53,854 nucleotides of DNA, taken from Actinomycetota bacterium (GTDB lineage Bacteria > Actinomycetota > Actinomycetes > JACCUZ01). The DNA lies in contig JAVEDB010000057.1 of assembly GCA_030841185.1 (NCBI GenBank), forward strand, positions 1-53,854, in the 5' to 3' direction. Positions 36,824-45,735 of this stretch are shown here, in pieces. Below the pieces are notes generated by a model. The model did not search any database and was not told the DNA's origin. It saw only the letters and a program-made list of their open reading frames with translations. A program made the position numbers and the translations under genes. Each line of letters starts with the position of its first letter. The first letter of the stretch is position 1.

Positions 36824-38143
36824 TCACTTCTCCGTTGTTGACGACACGTCCTCACGTAAACGTCGTTGTCGTACTGCGTGCTCGTTGCTGCGGTCGTCGT
36901 AATGCATGAACTTCGTCATTGATGCAGCGAGTGCACCGACTGACACGAAGCAGAGAATCCCGCCGGATACAACGGATCCACGCACATTCCACGCGCTTGC
37001 GACGAGTCCTGCACGCGCGTTGCCTCCCAGCGGTCCGATGGAGTACGAGAGCAGTTCGATGCCCGCCAACCGACCGCGTAGCTCGTCTGGAATGGTCTGG
37101 TTCCAGATTGTCGATCGAAAAATTCCACTCACCATGTCGGCCCCTCCGGCCACTGCAAGCAACCCGACGGCGAGCCAGATGTTGCCGGACAGGCCAAAGC
37201 CGGCGATGGCAAGACCCCACACCGCGGCCGAATACGCGACTGCTCGACCGTGGTGATGCACGTGACTCGTCCACCCGCTGGTCACCGTTGCGATCAGTGA
37301 TCCGACCGAGCCCGCGGAGTACAGCAGGCCCAGTGCCCACGGTTGCGCGAAGACGTCTCGCGCCATGGCTGGGTAGAGCGCCATCGGCATCGCGAACAAC
37401 ATCGCGGCAGTGTCCACGGCGTATGTTCCGAGCAGCTCCTGGCGCGACATCGCGTATCGCAGACCGACGAGGATGCCTCGGACGCTGGGCTTCTCGGCAC
37501 CCGTCGGCGGGGGAATCGCGCGCATCAGCGCGAGCGCGACGAGCGATGCCGCGAAGGTCGTGACGTCGAGCGCGTAGGCCCATGAGACCCCGGCGGTCGC
37601 GACCAGCACTCCTCCGATGGCCGGCCCGGCGATCATGCCGATGTTCCCCCGGAGCGACGAGAGCGCGCTGGCCGCAGCGAGCTCGTCGTGCGCCACGATG
37701 CGCGGGACGAGCGCGTCCAGTGATGGTCGCTGCAAGCCGTCGAGGGCGGCCACGACCGCGGCGAAACCGAAGATCGGCCAGACCTGCGGGTGGGGCAGCA
37801 CCGCGTTGAGCAGCAGCAGGCCGCTCATCAGCGTCAAGGCGCCCTCGGTGAGCAGGACCATCCGCCGGCGGTCGACGGCATCGGCCAAGGCGCCGCCCCA
37901 CAAGCCGAAGGCGATGAGGGGGAGCAGCTCCGCGATGCCGAGCAGCCCGACGGCGGCCGTGGAGCCGGTGATGTCGTAGACCTGGTAGGGGACCGCGACG
38001 TAGGTCACCATGCTGCCGAGGAACGAGACGGCTCCGCCTGCGAACAGGAGCCGGAAGTCCCGCGAGGTGCGCAGCGGCCGGAGGTCCATCCGGGCAGCAC
38101 GCAGGCGGGACAGCCGCTGCCCCGGCGCCGGCGGTTCGGTCAC
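36824..38143 (-). CDS. MFS transporter (DHA3/EntS-like)
   Basis: GGALADAVDRRR, IWNQTIPDELRGRLAG. Confidence 0.9.
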   Translation of the reverse strand: MTEPPAPGQRLSRLRAARMDLRPLRTSRDFRLLFAGGAVSFLGSMVTYVAVPYQVYDITGSTAAVGLLGIAELLPLIAFGLWGGALADAVDRRRMVLLTEGALTLMSGLLLLNAVLPHPQVWPIFGFAAVVAALDGLQRPSLDALVPRIVAHDELAAASALSSLRGNIGMIAGPAIGGVLVATAGVSWAYALDVTTFAASLVALALMRAIPPPTGAEKPSVRGILVGLRYAMSRQELLGTYAVDTAAMLFAMPMALYPAMARDVFAQPWALGLLYSAGSVGSLIATVTSGWTSHVHHHGRAVAYSAAVWGLAIAGFGLSGNIWLAVGLLAVAGGADMVSGIFRSTIWNQTIPDELRGRLAGIELLSYSIGPLGGNARAGLVASAWNVRGSVVSGGILCFVSVGALAASMTKFMHYDDRSNEHAVRQRRLREDVSSTTEK

Positions 38144-38185
38144 GACGGGAGATTCTCACGTACGCCGTGGTGCTGGGCGACCTGT

Positions 38186-38815
38186 TTACCGCGCCGGCGG
38201 GGGACCGCTGATCCGTTCGAGCAGACCCGACAGCCGCCGGCGGAAGGACCGCTGGTCGTCGTCCTCACCCGCCGCGACGCTGACGAGATGCTGGACCGAG
38301 TCCATCGTGACCATCGACGTCCCGTAGGCCGCGGGAAGCCCGTCGGTCGCGCCGGGCGGTATCTCCAGGCCGGGCACGACCAACCGGTCGTGAGCGAGCC
38401 CGGCGAGGTCCTCGTCGCCCTGGTCGAGCGAGAAGATCGTGGCTCCCACCCGGCGGGCATCCGACACCCTTTCGAGGAGCGGCACCGGAGCCGTCCCGGG
38501 CGCGACGACGAACAGCGTCTCGCCACGCCGGGCCGCCTCGAGCCGGTCCAGGCCCACTCGCAGGTGGGCGGGTGCATCCGCTGGGGCCGACCACCGCACC
38601 AGGGTCGGGGAGAGCTGCGGCCGGCCGGAGAACCGTGCCTCATCGTCGAGGTGGGCAGCCAGGTGCCAGGGCTCTTCTTGCGGCGTCCCGACGAGGAGCA
38701 GGCTGCCTGGCTCGGTGCTCGACCGACGCAGCGAGCGAGCGAACTCGCGGCTGCGCTCCACCCATCCGGTCGTGGCAAGCAGCTCACGCAGCAGCTGCAC
38801 CCCGGCCGCGTCCAT
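38186..38815 (-). CDS. conserved hypothetical protein
   Basis: Coherent ORF (LLLVGTPQEEPWHLAAHL) with typical codon bias, co-oriented with its neighbours. Confidence 0.7.
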   Translation of the reverse strand: MDAAGVQLLRELLATTGWVERSREFARSLRRSSTEPGSLLLVGTPQEEPWHLAAHLDDEARFSGRPQLSPTLVRWSAPADAPAHLRVGLDRLEAARRGETLFVVAPGTAPVPLLERVSDARRVGATIFSLDQGDEDLAGLAHDRLVVPGLEIPPGATDGLPAAYGTSMVTMDSVQHLVSVAAGEDDDQRSFRRRLSGLLERISGPPPAR

Positions 38816-38875
38816 GCCGACATGCTGCCCGCTCCGCGGGGGGAGCGGGCAGCAGCGACACGGGAAAGCTGCCGG

Positions 38876-39916
38876 CTAGATGATGCCGCGGGCGTGGAAC
38901 GCCGCCCGCACGGTCGAAGCCGCGGAGCTCCCGTACATCGTCTGAGCCTTCGCGATCGTGGCGTTGGCCGCGGCGGCGAAGCTGGTGTCCGGTGCGAAGT
39001 CGAACTGTGCGTCGATGATCACCCGGTTTGCCTTGTAGTCGCCGAGCCCGCTGCGGATGTCCCACAGCGCGCGGGACCAGATCATGCCGTCGTGGTGCAC
39101 CTCACCGGTCTTGTTCGCCACCGTGAGGTTGGTGTCCACGCGACGGAGGCAGTGCGGAACCGTGCTGGTGTAGCTGGTCGCGTCCCAGTCCATGACGCAT
39201 GCGGCCGGGACGCCCTTCGCGGGAGCGCCCGCGACGGCGAGCCCGACGGAGACGGCGAGGTAGTCACCCCACGCTTCCCCGATCGAGCCGGCCTCCTCGG
39301 AGCTGCCGAAGCCAGGGACCTGCGCGTCGTGCACCGCGTGGCCGTACTCGTGGACGATGACCTCGCCGTCCTCGGCGTCGTCGACGCCGCCCTTGCCGAA
39401 CCGGAGCAGGTCCTTCTTGTCCCAGGAGAACGAGTTATCGGCGCCGTACTGGTTGAGGCGGACGTCCTGCGACTCCTTGTTGACGGCACGAAGGGCGCCG
39501 GGTGCGCCGGTGAAGCCGAGTCGCTGGATGTACTTCTGCGCCTCGGTGACCCAGTAGTAGGCCATCACCTGCTCGAAGCGGTCGTCGTGACGCGTGTAGA
39601 GGAACGTCCCGTTCGTGGCGATCGCCGGGTCGCCGGTCTCACTGACGACGTTCGCGTAGTCGCCGACGAGCCGCCCTGAGCCGTCGAGGTTGGTCAGGGT
39701 CACCGTCTTGTAGTCCGACAGTGGGACGGCCGCATCGGAGTCCTTCTGGTCGGTGAGGCCTTCGTTGCCCGATGACTGCACGGGGTTGATGAAGAAGACG
39801 CGACCGGTCGCAGTCGATGACGCCGCCGAGGTGGCCGTGGCGCCGGCACCCGCAAGCACGAGCGCGGCAACGGCAGCGAGAGACCCGGCGAGGCGGGCTT
39901 GTGGCGATGTGAGCAC
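38876..39916 (-). CDS. secreted zinc metallopeptidase (M36/M4 thermolysin-like)
   Basis: Signal peptide; HEYGH, GSIGEAWGDY third ligand, EVHHDG. Confidence 0.88.
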   Translation of the reverse strand: MLTSPQARLAGSLAAVAALVLAGAGATATSAASSTATGRVFFINPVQSSGNEGLTDQKDSDAAVPLSDYKTVTLTNLDGSGRLVGDYANVVSETGDPAIATNGTFLYTRHDDRFEQVMAYYWVTEAQKYIQRLGFTGAPGALRAVNKESQDVRLNQYGADNSFSWDKKDLLRFGKGGVDDAEDGEVIVHEYGHAVHDAQVPGFGSSEEAGSIGEAWGDYLAVSVGLAVAGAPAKGVPAACVMDWDATSYTSTVPHCLRRVDTNLTVANKTGEVHHDGMIWSRALWDIRSGLGDYKANRVIIDAQFDFAPDTSFAAAANATIAKAQTMYGSSAASTVRAAFHARGII

Positions 39917-40030
39917 GTGAAGATCCTCCGTGAATGGGGACGTGACCCGGGAAATCTACGTGTCCAGGCCGTCGCTGGGAAGCCATCCTCCGGGGAACGC
40001 CCGTCACAACCGGTGAAGCAACCTGAGCCC

Positions 40031-40882
40031 TCAGTGAAAGGTGTGCTCCTCGCCGGGGAAGTCACGGGCCGCGACGTCGCTGGCGAAGGACCGGGCTGCC
40101 TTGTCGAGGACGGCCCGCAGGTCGGCGTACTGCTTGACGAACTTCGCGAGCGGCGGGCGACGCAGCCCCGCCATGTCCTGCCACACGAGCACCTGACCGT
40201 CGCAGTCCACCCCGGCGCCGATACCGATCGTCGGGATCACGCACTCGGCGGTGACCCGCTTGGCGACGTCCGCCGGCACCATCTCGAGGACGACCGAGAA
40301 CGCGCCCGCCTCCTGCAGCGCGAGGGCGTCCCGGACGATCTGGTCGCCGGTCTCTCCGCGGCCCTGGACGCGGTAGCCCCCGAGGTTGTGCTCGCTCTGC
40401 GGGGTGAAGCCCAGATGCGCCATCACCGGGATCCCGGCGGCCACCAGAGCCGCGACATGCGGCACCACGTGGGCGCCGCCCTCCAGCTTCACCGCGTGGG
40501 CCCCACCCTCCTTGAGGAAGCGGACCGAGGTCTCGAGGGCCTGCTGCGGGGAGGACTGGTAGGAACCGAACGGCAGGTCGGCGACGACCAGGGCATGGTG
40601 CGCGCTGCGCGACACCGCGCGCACCAGCGGAACCAGCTCGTCGACGGTGACCGGAAGGGTCGTCTCATAGCCGAGGACGTTGTTGGCTGCGGAGTCGCCG
40701 ACGAGCAGCACCGGGATGCCGGCCTCATCGAAGATCTCCGCGGCGTACTGGTCGTACGCCGTGAGCATCGCGAAACGCTCGCCGCGTTCCTTCATCGCTC
40801 GCAGATGGTGGATGCGGACTCTCTTGGGGGCCGCGCCGGGCGCCGTCGGGCCGGCGCCGTAGGGAGGGGCGGTCTCGGACAT
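40031..40882 (-). CDS. panB: 3-methyl-2-oxobutanoate hydroxymethyltransferase
   Basis: MLTAYD, LLVGDS, AVKLEGG, TIGIGAG..CDGQVLV. Confidence 0.97.
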   Translation of the reverse strand: MSETAPPYGAGPTAPGAAPKRVRIHHLRAMKERGERFAMLTAYDQYAAEIFDEAGIPVLLVGDSAANNVLGYETTLPVTVDELVPLVRAVSRSAHHALVVADLPFGSYQSSPQQALETSVRFLKEGGAHAVKLEGGAHVVPHVAALVAAGIPVMAHLGFTPQSEHNLGGYRVQGRGETGDQIVRDALALQEAGAFSVVLEMVPADVAKRVTAECVIPTIGIGAGVDCDGQVLVWQDMAGLRRPPLAKFVKQYADLRAVLDKAARSFASDVAARDFPGEEHTFH

Positions 40883-40962
40883 CGGTGACCTCCTGGTCGC
40901 CTCGAGGCTCCGCACGGAGTCCCCGGACGCCATCCATGGTGCCACGGTCCCGCGCTGGGCTC

Positions 40963-42705
40963 CTATGCCCTGGGGTCGCGGTCGCGCCACCTGTTGGTGA
41001 TGGGCAGTCTCCGGTCCCGCCCGAAGGCCCGCAGCGAGATCTTCGGCCCGGGCGGGTACTGGCGCCGCTTGTACTCGGCGTGGTCGGTGAGCGCGAGCGC
41101 CTTCTCGACCACCGCCGGGTCGAATCCGGCGGCGACGAGCTCGGTCCACCCGGCGTCCCGCTCCACGTAGTCGTCGAGGATGTCGTCGAGGACCTCGTAG
41201 GGCGGCAGCGAGTCACTGTCCCGCTGGTCGGGTCTCAGCTCCGCGGACGGCTCCTTGCTGATCGAGGCCTCGGGGATCGGAGGCAGCTGCCCACGAGCCT
41301 CGGCGTCCTTGTTGCGCCAGCGCGCGAGTTGCCAGACGAGGGTCTTGGGCACGTCCTTGAGCGGTGCGAAGCCGCCGACGGCGTCCCCGTAGAGCGTCGA
41401 GTAGCCGACCGCCAGCTCCGACTTGTTGCCGGTCGCCAGCACCAGGTGCCCGTCCTGGTTGCTCAAGCCCATGAGGGTCGTCCCGCGGACCCGTGCCTGG
41501 AGGTTCTCCTCCGCCAGGCCGGTGAGCGGGAGCTGGGAGAGGAAGGCCTCCACCATCGGAGCGATCGGCACGGTCCGGTACTGGAGACCGGTGCGCTGCG
41601 CCATGTCGCTCGCGTCGCTGACGGAGTGGTCGGACGAGTAGGCACTCGGCATCGATATGCCGTAGACGTTCTCAGCACCGACCGCGTCGCAGGCGATCGC
41701 CGCGGTCAGCGCCGAGTCGATCCCGCCGGACAGGCCGAGGACGACGCTGCGGAAGCCGTTCTTCGCGGCGTAGTCGCGCAGCGCCACTACGAGGGCTCCG
41801 TAGACCTCGGCCTCGTCGTCGAGGCGCGGCGCGACGCCGGCCACGATGGGAGGGTAGGGAGCGAGCGGGGCCGGCGTGATGGATGTTCGCGTGACGGCGG
41901 ACACAGCGGGCCGCTCGCTCGCCTCGGGCAGGTCGAGGTCCACGACCAGGCACCCTTCGTCGAACTGCGGCGCCCGCGCGAGCACCGCCCCGTCTGCACT
42001 CACGACGAGCGAGTCGCCGTCGAAGACCAGCTCGTCCTGCCCTCCGACCATGTTGACGTAGGCGACGGTGCACCCGGCGTCCGCGGCACGTCGACGGACG
42101 AGCTCGAGGCGTACGTCGTCCTTGTTCCGCTCGTACGGCGAGCCATTGATCACGAGCAGCAGTCCCGCGCCGGCCTCGCGCGCGACGGCGACCGGGCCAC
42201 CCTCCTGCCAGATGTCCTCGCAGATCACGACGGCGACATCGACACCATGCACCCGGGCGACGGTCAACGAGTCCCCGGGGACGAAGTAGCGGTACTCGTC
42301 GAAGACGCCGTAGTTGGGGAGGTGGTGCTTCGCGTAGCGGCCGACGACCGTGCCGCGGTGCAGCAACGCGGCGCTGTTCTTCGGCGCTCCGGCCGGGGTG
42401 CCGACGACGGGCTCGGCGTCCGGGGCACCGTCGAGGTAGCCGACGACCACGAGGGTCTCGCCCAGGCCCTCGGACTCGAGCCGGGCGGCCAGGTTGCTGA
42501 CCGCGAGCCGCGAGGCCTCGACGAAGGACCGGCGCAGCGCGAGGTCCTCGATCGGGTAGCCCGTCAGCACCATCTCCGGGAACGCCACCAGGTGCGCGCC
42601 CTGCTCGACGGCATGCCTGGTCCAGGTCAGGACGAGCTCGGCGTTGCCCTCGAGGTCTCCCACGGTGGGGTCGATCTGGGCGAGGGCCACCCGCAGTTGC
42701 GCCAC
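40963..42705 (-). CDS. nadE: glutamine-dependent NAD+ synthetase
   Basis: Nitrilase domain (FPE, KHHLPNY, ICED) plus LSGGIDS, NLQAR, TGNKSE. Confidence 0.97.
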   Translation of the reverse strand: MAQLRVALAQIDPTVGDLEGNAELVLTWTRHAVEQGAHLVAFPEMVLTGYPIEDLALRRSFVEASRLAVSNLAARLESEGLGETLVVVGYLDGAPDAEPVVGTPAGAPKNSAALLHRGTVVGRYAKHHLPNYGVFDEYRYFVPGDSLTVARVHGVDVAVVICEDIWQEGGPVAVAREAGAGLLLVINGSPYERNKDDVRLELVRRRAADAGCTVAYVNMVGGQDELVFDGDSLVVSADGAVLARAPQFDEGCLVVDLDLPEASERPAVSAVTRTSITPAPLAPYPPIVAGVAPRLDDEAEVYGALVVALRDYAAKNGFRSVVLGLSGGIDSALTAAIACDAVGAENVYGISMPSAYSSDHSVSDASDMAQRTGLQYRTVPIAPMVEAFLSQLPLTGLAEENLQARVRGTTLMGLSNQDGHLVLATGNKSELAVGYSTLYGDAVGGFAPLKDVPKTLVWQLARWRNKDAEARGQLPPIPEASISKEPSAELRPDQRDSDSLPPYEVLDDILDDYVERDAGWTELVAAGFDPAVVEKALALTDHAEYKRRQYPPGPKISLRAFGRDRRLPITNRWRDRDPRA

Positions 42706-42714
42706 ATCACGAGC

Positions 42715-45243
42715 CTAACGGGCCTCGGACTGCCGTCCCGGCCGCTGGTCGTCCGCCGGAGCAGGGATGGCCGGCTGCTCGTCATCGGCGGGCCGCAGGC
42801 GCGTCGCGAACGAGGCGAAGCGTTCCGCCAGCCAGCGGGTCATGTCGTCGGCAGGCATCGGACGGGACAGCAGGTAGCCCTGGAGCAGGTCACACCCGAG
42901 CTCCCCGAGCAGCCGCCAGGTGCGTTCGTCCTCGACGCCCTCCGCGACGACGGTGAGGCCGAGGTCGTGCCCGAGGCTGATCACTGCGCGGACGATCGCG
43001 AGGTCGGCGCTGCTGTCGGCAAGGTTGCGGACGAACGTGCGGTCGATCTTCACCTCGTGGACGGGCAGGCGGCGCAGCCGGGTCAGCGATGAGTACCCGG
43101 TGCCGAAGTCGTCGACGGAGATGCTGATGCCCAGCTCGACCAGCCGCTCCAACGCGACGACTGCGTGCGTCGGGTCCGCGACGATCGCGCTTTCGGTCAC
43201 CTCGAGCTTGAGCAGTCCCGGCGGGAGTTGCTCCTGGACGAGCAGCCGCGCGACGGCGTCGGCGAGCTCACCCTCGAGCAGGTTGCGCATCGAGATGTTG
43301 ACGGCCATCTGCACCGGCGTGCCGGCCGCCCGCCACTCCGCGCACTGGCGGACGGCGGTCTGCAGGACGAACCGGGTGAGGGGACGGATGAGACCGGTCT
43401 GCTCGGCCAGCGGGATGAACTCGTCCGGGGGGATGTTTCCCCACACCGCATGCCGCCAGCGCACCAGAGCCTCGACGCCGGTGACCCGGCCGCTGCCGGG
43501 CTCGGCCTGCGGCTGGTAGTGCAGCTGCAGGCCTCCCTCGTCGAGGGCCCGCGCGAGGTCGCCGATCAGCGACAGGCGGCGAGCGCTGTAGGGGTCGTTG
43601 TCCGACGAGTAGTGCGCGACACCGGTGACCTGGCGTTTCGCGTCGTACATCGCGACCTCGGCCCGGCGCAGGAGTAGCGCTGCCGATGAACCGTCGCGGG
43701 GGGCGACCGAGATGCCCACGCTCGCGGTCACGTCGAGCTGGATGGTGCCCAGCACGAAGGGCCGGGAGAAGTCGCTGTGCACGCGCTGGACCATCCCCTC
43801 GACGTGCACCTCGTCACCGGCCAGCAGCACCGCGAACTCGTCGTCGCCGAGGCGCGCCACGACGGTCTGCTCGTGCTCGAGACGGCGCAGTCGCCGGCCC
43901 ACCTGCCGGAGCAGCTCGTCACCGACGTCGTACCCGAGGGTGTCGTTGACCTCCTTGAACCGGTCGAGGTCCATGAGCACCACGGCGGCGTCCCCGCCCT
44001 CCAGCCGTCGCTCGAGCCGTTGCAGGAAGTGCAGCCGGTTGGGCAGCCCTGTCAGGGGGTCGTGCAGTGAGAGGTGCTCGGTCTCCTGCGCCGCCTCTCG
44101 GACCCGTTCCACCAGCGCGCTGTTCGCGAGGGCGACCCCGGCGTGGCCGGCGAGCGCCTGGAAGAGCTTCGCGTCCTCACGGTCGAACGTGCTGACGTCG
44201 TCAACCCGGTCGGTGACCAGGAGCGCCCCGATGATGCGGCCCTCCTCGCGCAGCGGTGCGGCCATGCCGTCGATGAAGCCGGTGCCGCGGAGGGCCTCGC
44301 TGGGTTCCCCGTGACGGCCGCGTGGCAGCAGTAGGACCTCGCCGTCGAGCGCCGGCAGCCACCACGACCCGAGGTGCGGGTGGGCCGTCCCTGCCCCATC
44401 GGGAACCAGCACGATCTCGGACCTCTGGGCACGCAGGAGTGCTCGGGCCTCGGCCAGCACGGTCTCGAGCACCGACGCGTGCTGCAACGACTGGTCGACC
44501 GACCGGGTGAACGCGTAGAGCAGCTCCAGTCGTCCATAGCGCTGCCGCTGCACGTGGTAGGCGCGGAACAGCGCGAAGGTGAGGACGGCCAGCACCGCGA
44601 GCAGGGCCAGTGCGGAGGTCTCCCGGCGTACGAGCAAAGCGGTGACCAGTGCCAGATCGGTGACGACGAGCGTCGAGATCGACCCGAGGGCGAGGTTCTT
44701 CGGCAGCGGCCGGGGTTGCCAGACGCGCTCGCGCAGGGAGATGGCAGCGAAGACCGCGAGCCCGCTGAGCACGTGGACCAGCTGCGTCGCGAGCAGGGCA
44801 GCGAGCCATCCGGCGGGCGACAACGGGTCCTCGCGGGTGCGCAGCAGCCCGAGTGCGAGGTCGTACGCCGCGATGGCCACGGTGACCTGGAGCAGCCAGT
44901 TCGCCGCATTGAACGCGGTCTTGATCGGGGCGGCCCGGTTCAGGACGAGGAACGTGAAGCCGGTGCCCACCAGGGCGGCCAGGACGAGGTCGTTGGGTGC
45001 GGCGAAGATCAGGCCGAGCACGAGGGGTGCCTCGCCGAAGCTGACGGTGTGGTTCTCGCGGCCGAAGGGGAGCAGCACGACGAACCGCTCGGTCAGGCAG
45101 AACAACGCGGCCAGCAGCGGCCACCAGATGTGCGGTGGCAGCTGGGGCAACGAAAGGCCTCGCCACCACAGCAGAGCGCCGGCGCCGGCGAGAGCCGCAC
45201 TGAGCATCCAGACGGCGACGTCCGACCGCCGGTGTCCCGTCAC
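42715..45243 (-). CDS. multi-pass membrane GAF-GGDEF-EAL protein (c-di-GMP phosphodiesterase/cyclase)
   Basis: About 7 N-terminal TM helices, GAF-like linker, HDPLTGLPNR, DLDRFKEVND, RLGDDEF, EALVRW, DDFGTGYSSL, AEGVE; start GTG 45243 (ORF extends to 45282). Confidence 0.93.
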   Translation of the reverse strand: MTGHRRSDVAVWMLSAALAGAGALLWWRGLSLPQLPPHIWWPLLAALFCLTERFVVLLPFGRENHTVSFGEAPLVLGLIFAAPNDLVLAALVGTGFTFLVLNRAAPIKTAFNAANWLLQVTVAIAAYDLALGLLRTREDPLSPAGWLAALLATQLVHVLSGLAVFAAISLRERVWQPRPLPKNLALGSISTLVVTDLALVTALLVRRETSALALLAVLAVLTFALFRAYHVQRQRYGRLELLYAFTRSVDQSLQHASVLETVLAEARALLRAQRSEIVLVPDGAGTAHPHLGSWWLPALDGEVLLLPRGRHGEPSEALRGTGFIDGMAAPLREEGRIIGALLVTDRVDDVSTFDREDAKLFQALAGHAGVALANSALVERVREAAQETEHLSLHDPLTGLPNRLHFLQRLERRLEGGDAAVVLMDLDRFKEVNDTLGYDVGDELLRQVGRRLRRLEHEQTVVARLGDDEFAVLLAGDEVHVEGMVQRVHSDFSRPFVLGTIQLDVTASVGISVAPRDGSSAALLLRRAEVAMYDAKRQVTGVAHYSSDNDPYSARRLSLIGDLARALDEGGLQLHYQPQAEPGSGRVTGVEALVRWRHAVWGNIPPDEFIPLAEQTGLIRPLTRFVLQTAVRQCAEWRAAGTPVQMAVNISMRNLLEGELADAVARLLVQEQLPPGLLKLEVTESAIVADPTHAVVALERLVELGISISVDDFGTGYSSLTRLRRLPVHEVKIDRTFVRNLADSSADLAIVRAVISLGHDLGLTVVAEGVEDERTWRLLGELGCDLLQGYLLSRPMPADDMTRWLAERFASFATRLRPADDEQPAIPAPADDQRPGRQSEAR

Positions 45244-45280
45244 TGCTCCATAGTGGGGCCAACCGAGGCCCGGCATGACC

Positions 45281-45326
45281 AAAACGACGCTCCTGCTGGG
45301 GGACCGGCCCCCACCAGGAGCAGTCG
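45281..45326 (-). terminator. intrinsic terminator between peptide gene and GGDEF-EAL gene
   Basis: CGACTGCTCCTGGTGGGGG-CCGGT-CCCCCAGCAGGAGCGTCG followed by TTTT on the - strand. Confidence 0.8.
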
Positions 45327-45327
45327 G

Positions 45328-45561
45328 CTACTGCCAGCCGTTAGAGGCCAGCGTCGTCTGCCATCCGTTGCTGGCCAGCACTGTCGAGGACTTCTGCCAG
45401 CCGTTCGAGGCGATCGGCTTGTTCTGCCAGCCGTTGGAGGCCACCGACGAGGCCAGCCCGGGGAGACCGGCGGCCACCAGCAGGGCCAGTGCGACGGCGG
45501 CCGCGAGGGCCAGCAGGAAGAGGGGGAGGGAGGAGATGCGAGAGGTGCGGGCCTGGTCCAT
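45328..45561 (-). CDS. secreted multi-core precursor peptide with 4x [VIL]ASNGWQ
   Basis: CAGGAG RBS; hydrophobic LPLFLLALAAAVALALLVAAG; four in-frame ASNGWQ repeats with synonymous codon variation, the last ending at the stop codon. Confidence 0.8.
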   Translation of the reverse strand: MDQARTSRISSLPLFLLALAAAVALALLVAAGLPGLASSVASNGWQNKPIASNGWQKSSTVLASNGWQTTLASNGWQ

Positions 45562-45695
45562 CGGGGGGACTCCTGTCAGAAGGCCCCGCGGGCACGGGGC
45601 CGGGTACCTCCGATGATCGTTTCTCGAGGTGGCGACAGGGCAACGCCTCGCCGTGGACTCGGTAAACCTTCCGCAATGGGCGGGCGACGGGTCCC

Positions 45696-45711
45696 GTAAC
45701 GTCCCGGAAAC
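45696..45711 (+). promoter_or_regulatory. GlnR box
   Basis: GTAAC-N6-GAAAC matches the actinobacterial GlnR consensus GTNAC-N6-GAAAC, upstream of glnA. Confidence 0.7.
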
Positions 45712-45735
45712 ACCCGCCCGGTAAGGATTGGCCTC

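Noticed and set aside
45331-45441. Repeat-spacer pattern as a mini-CRISPR
   Set aside because: 18-nt repeats vary at synonymous sites, spacers are 9-18 nt and in frame, and there are no cas genes; a coding explanation fits better
45275-45616. + strand ORF with repeated CQPLEA/CHPLLA motifs
   Set aside because: Antisense shadow of the ASNGWQ gene; the repeats are invariant only in the - strand frame, which also has the RBS and terminator
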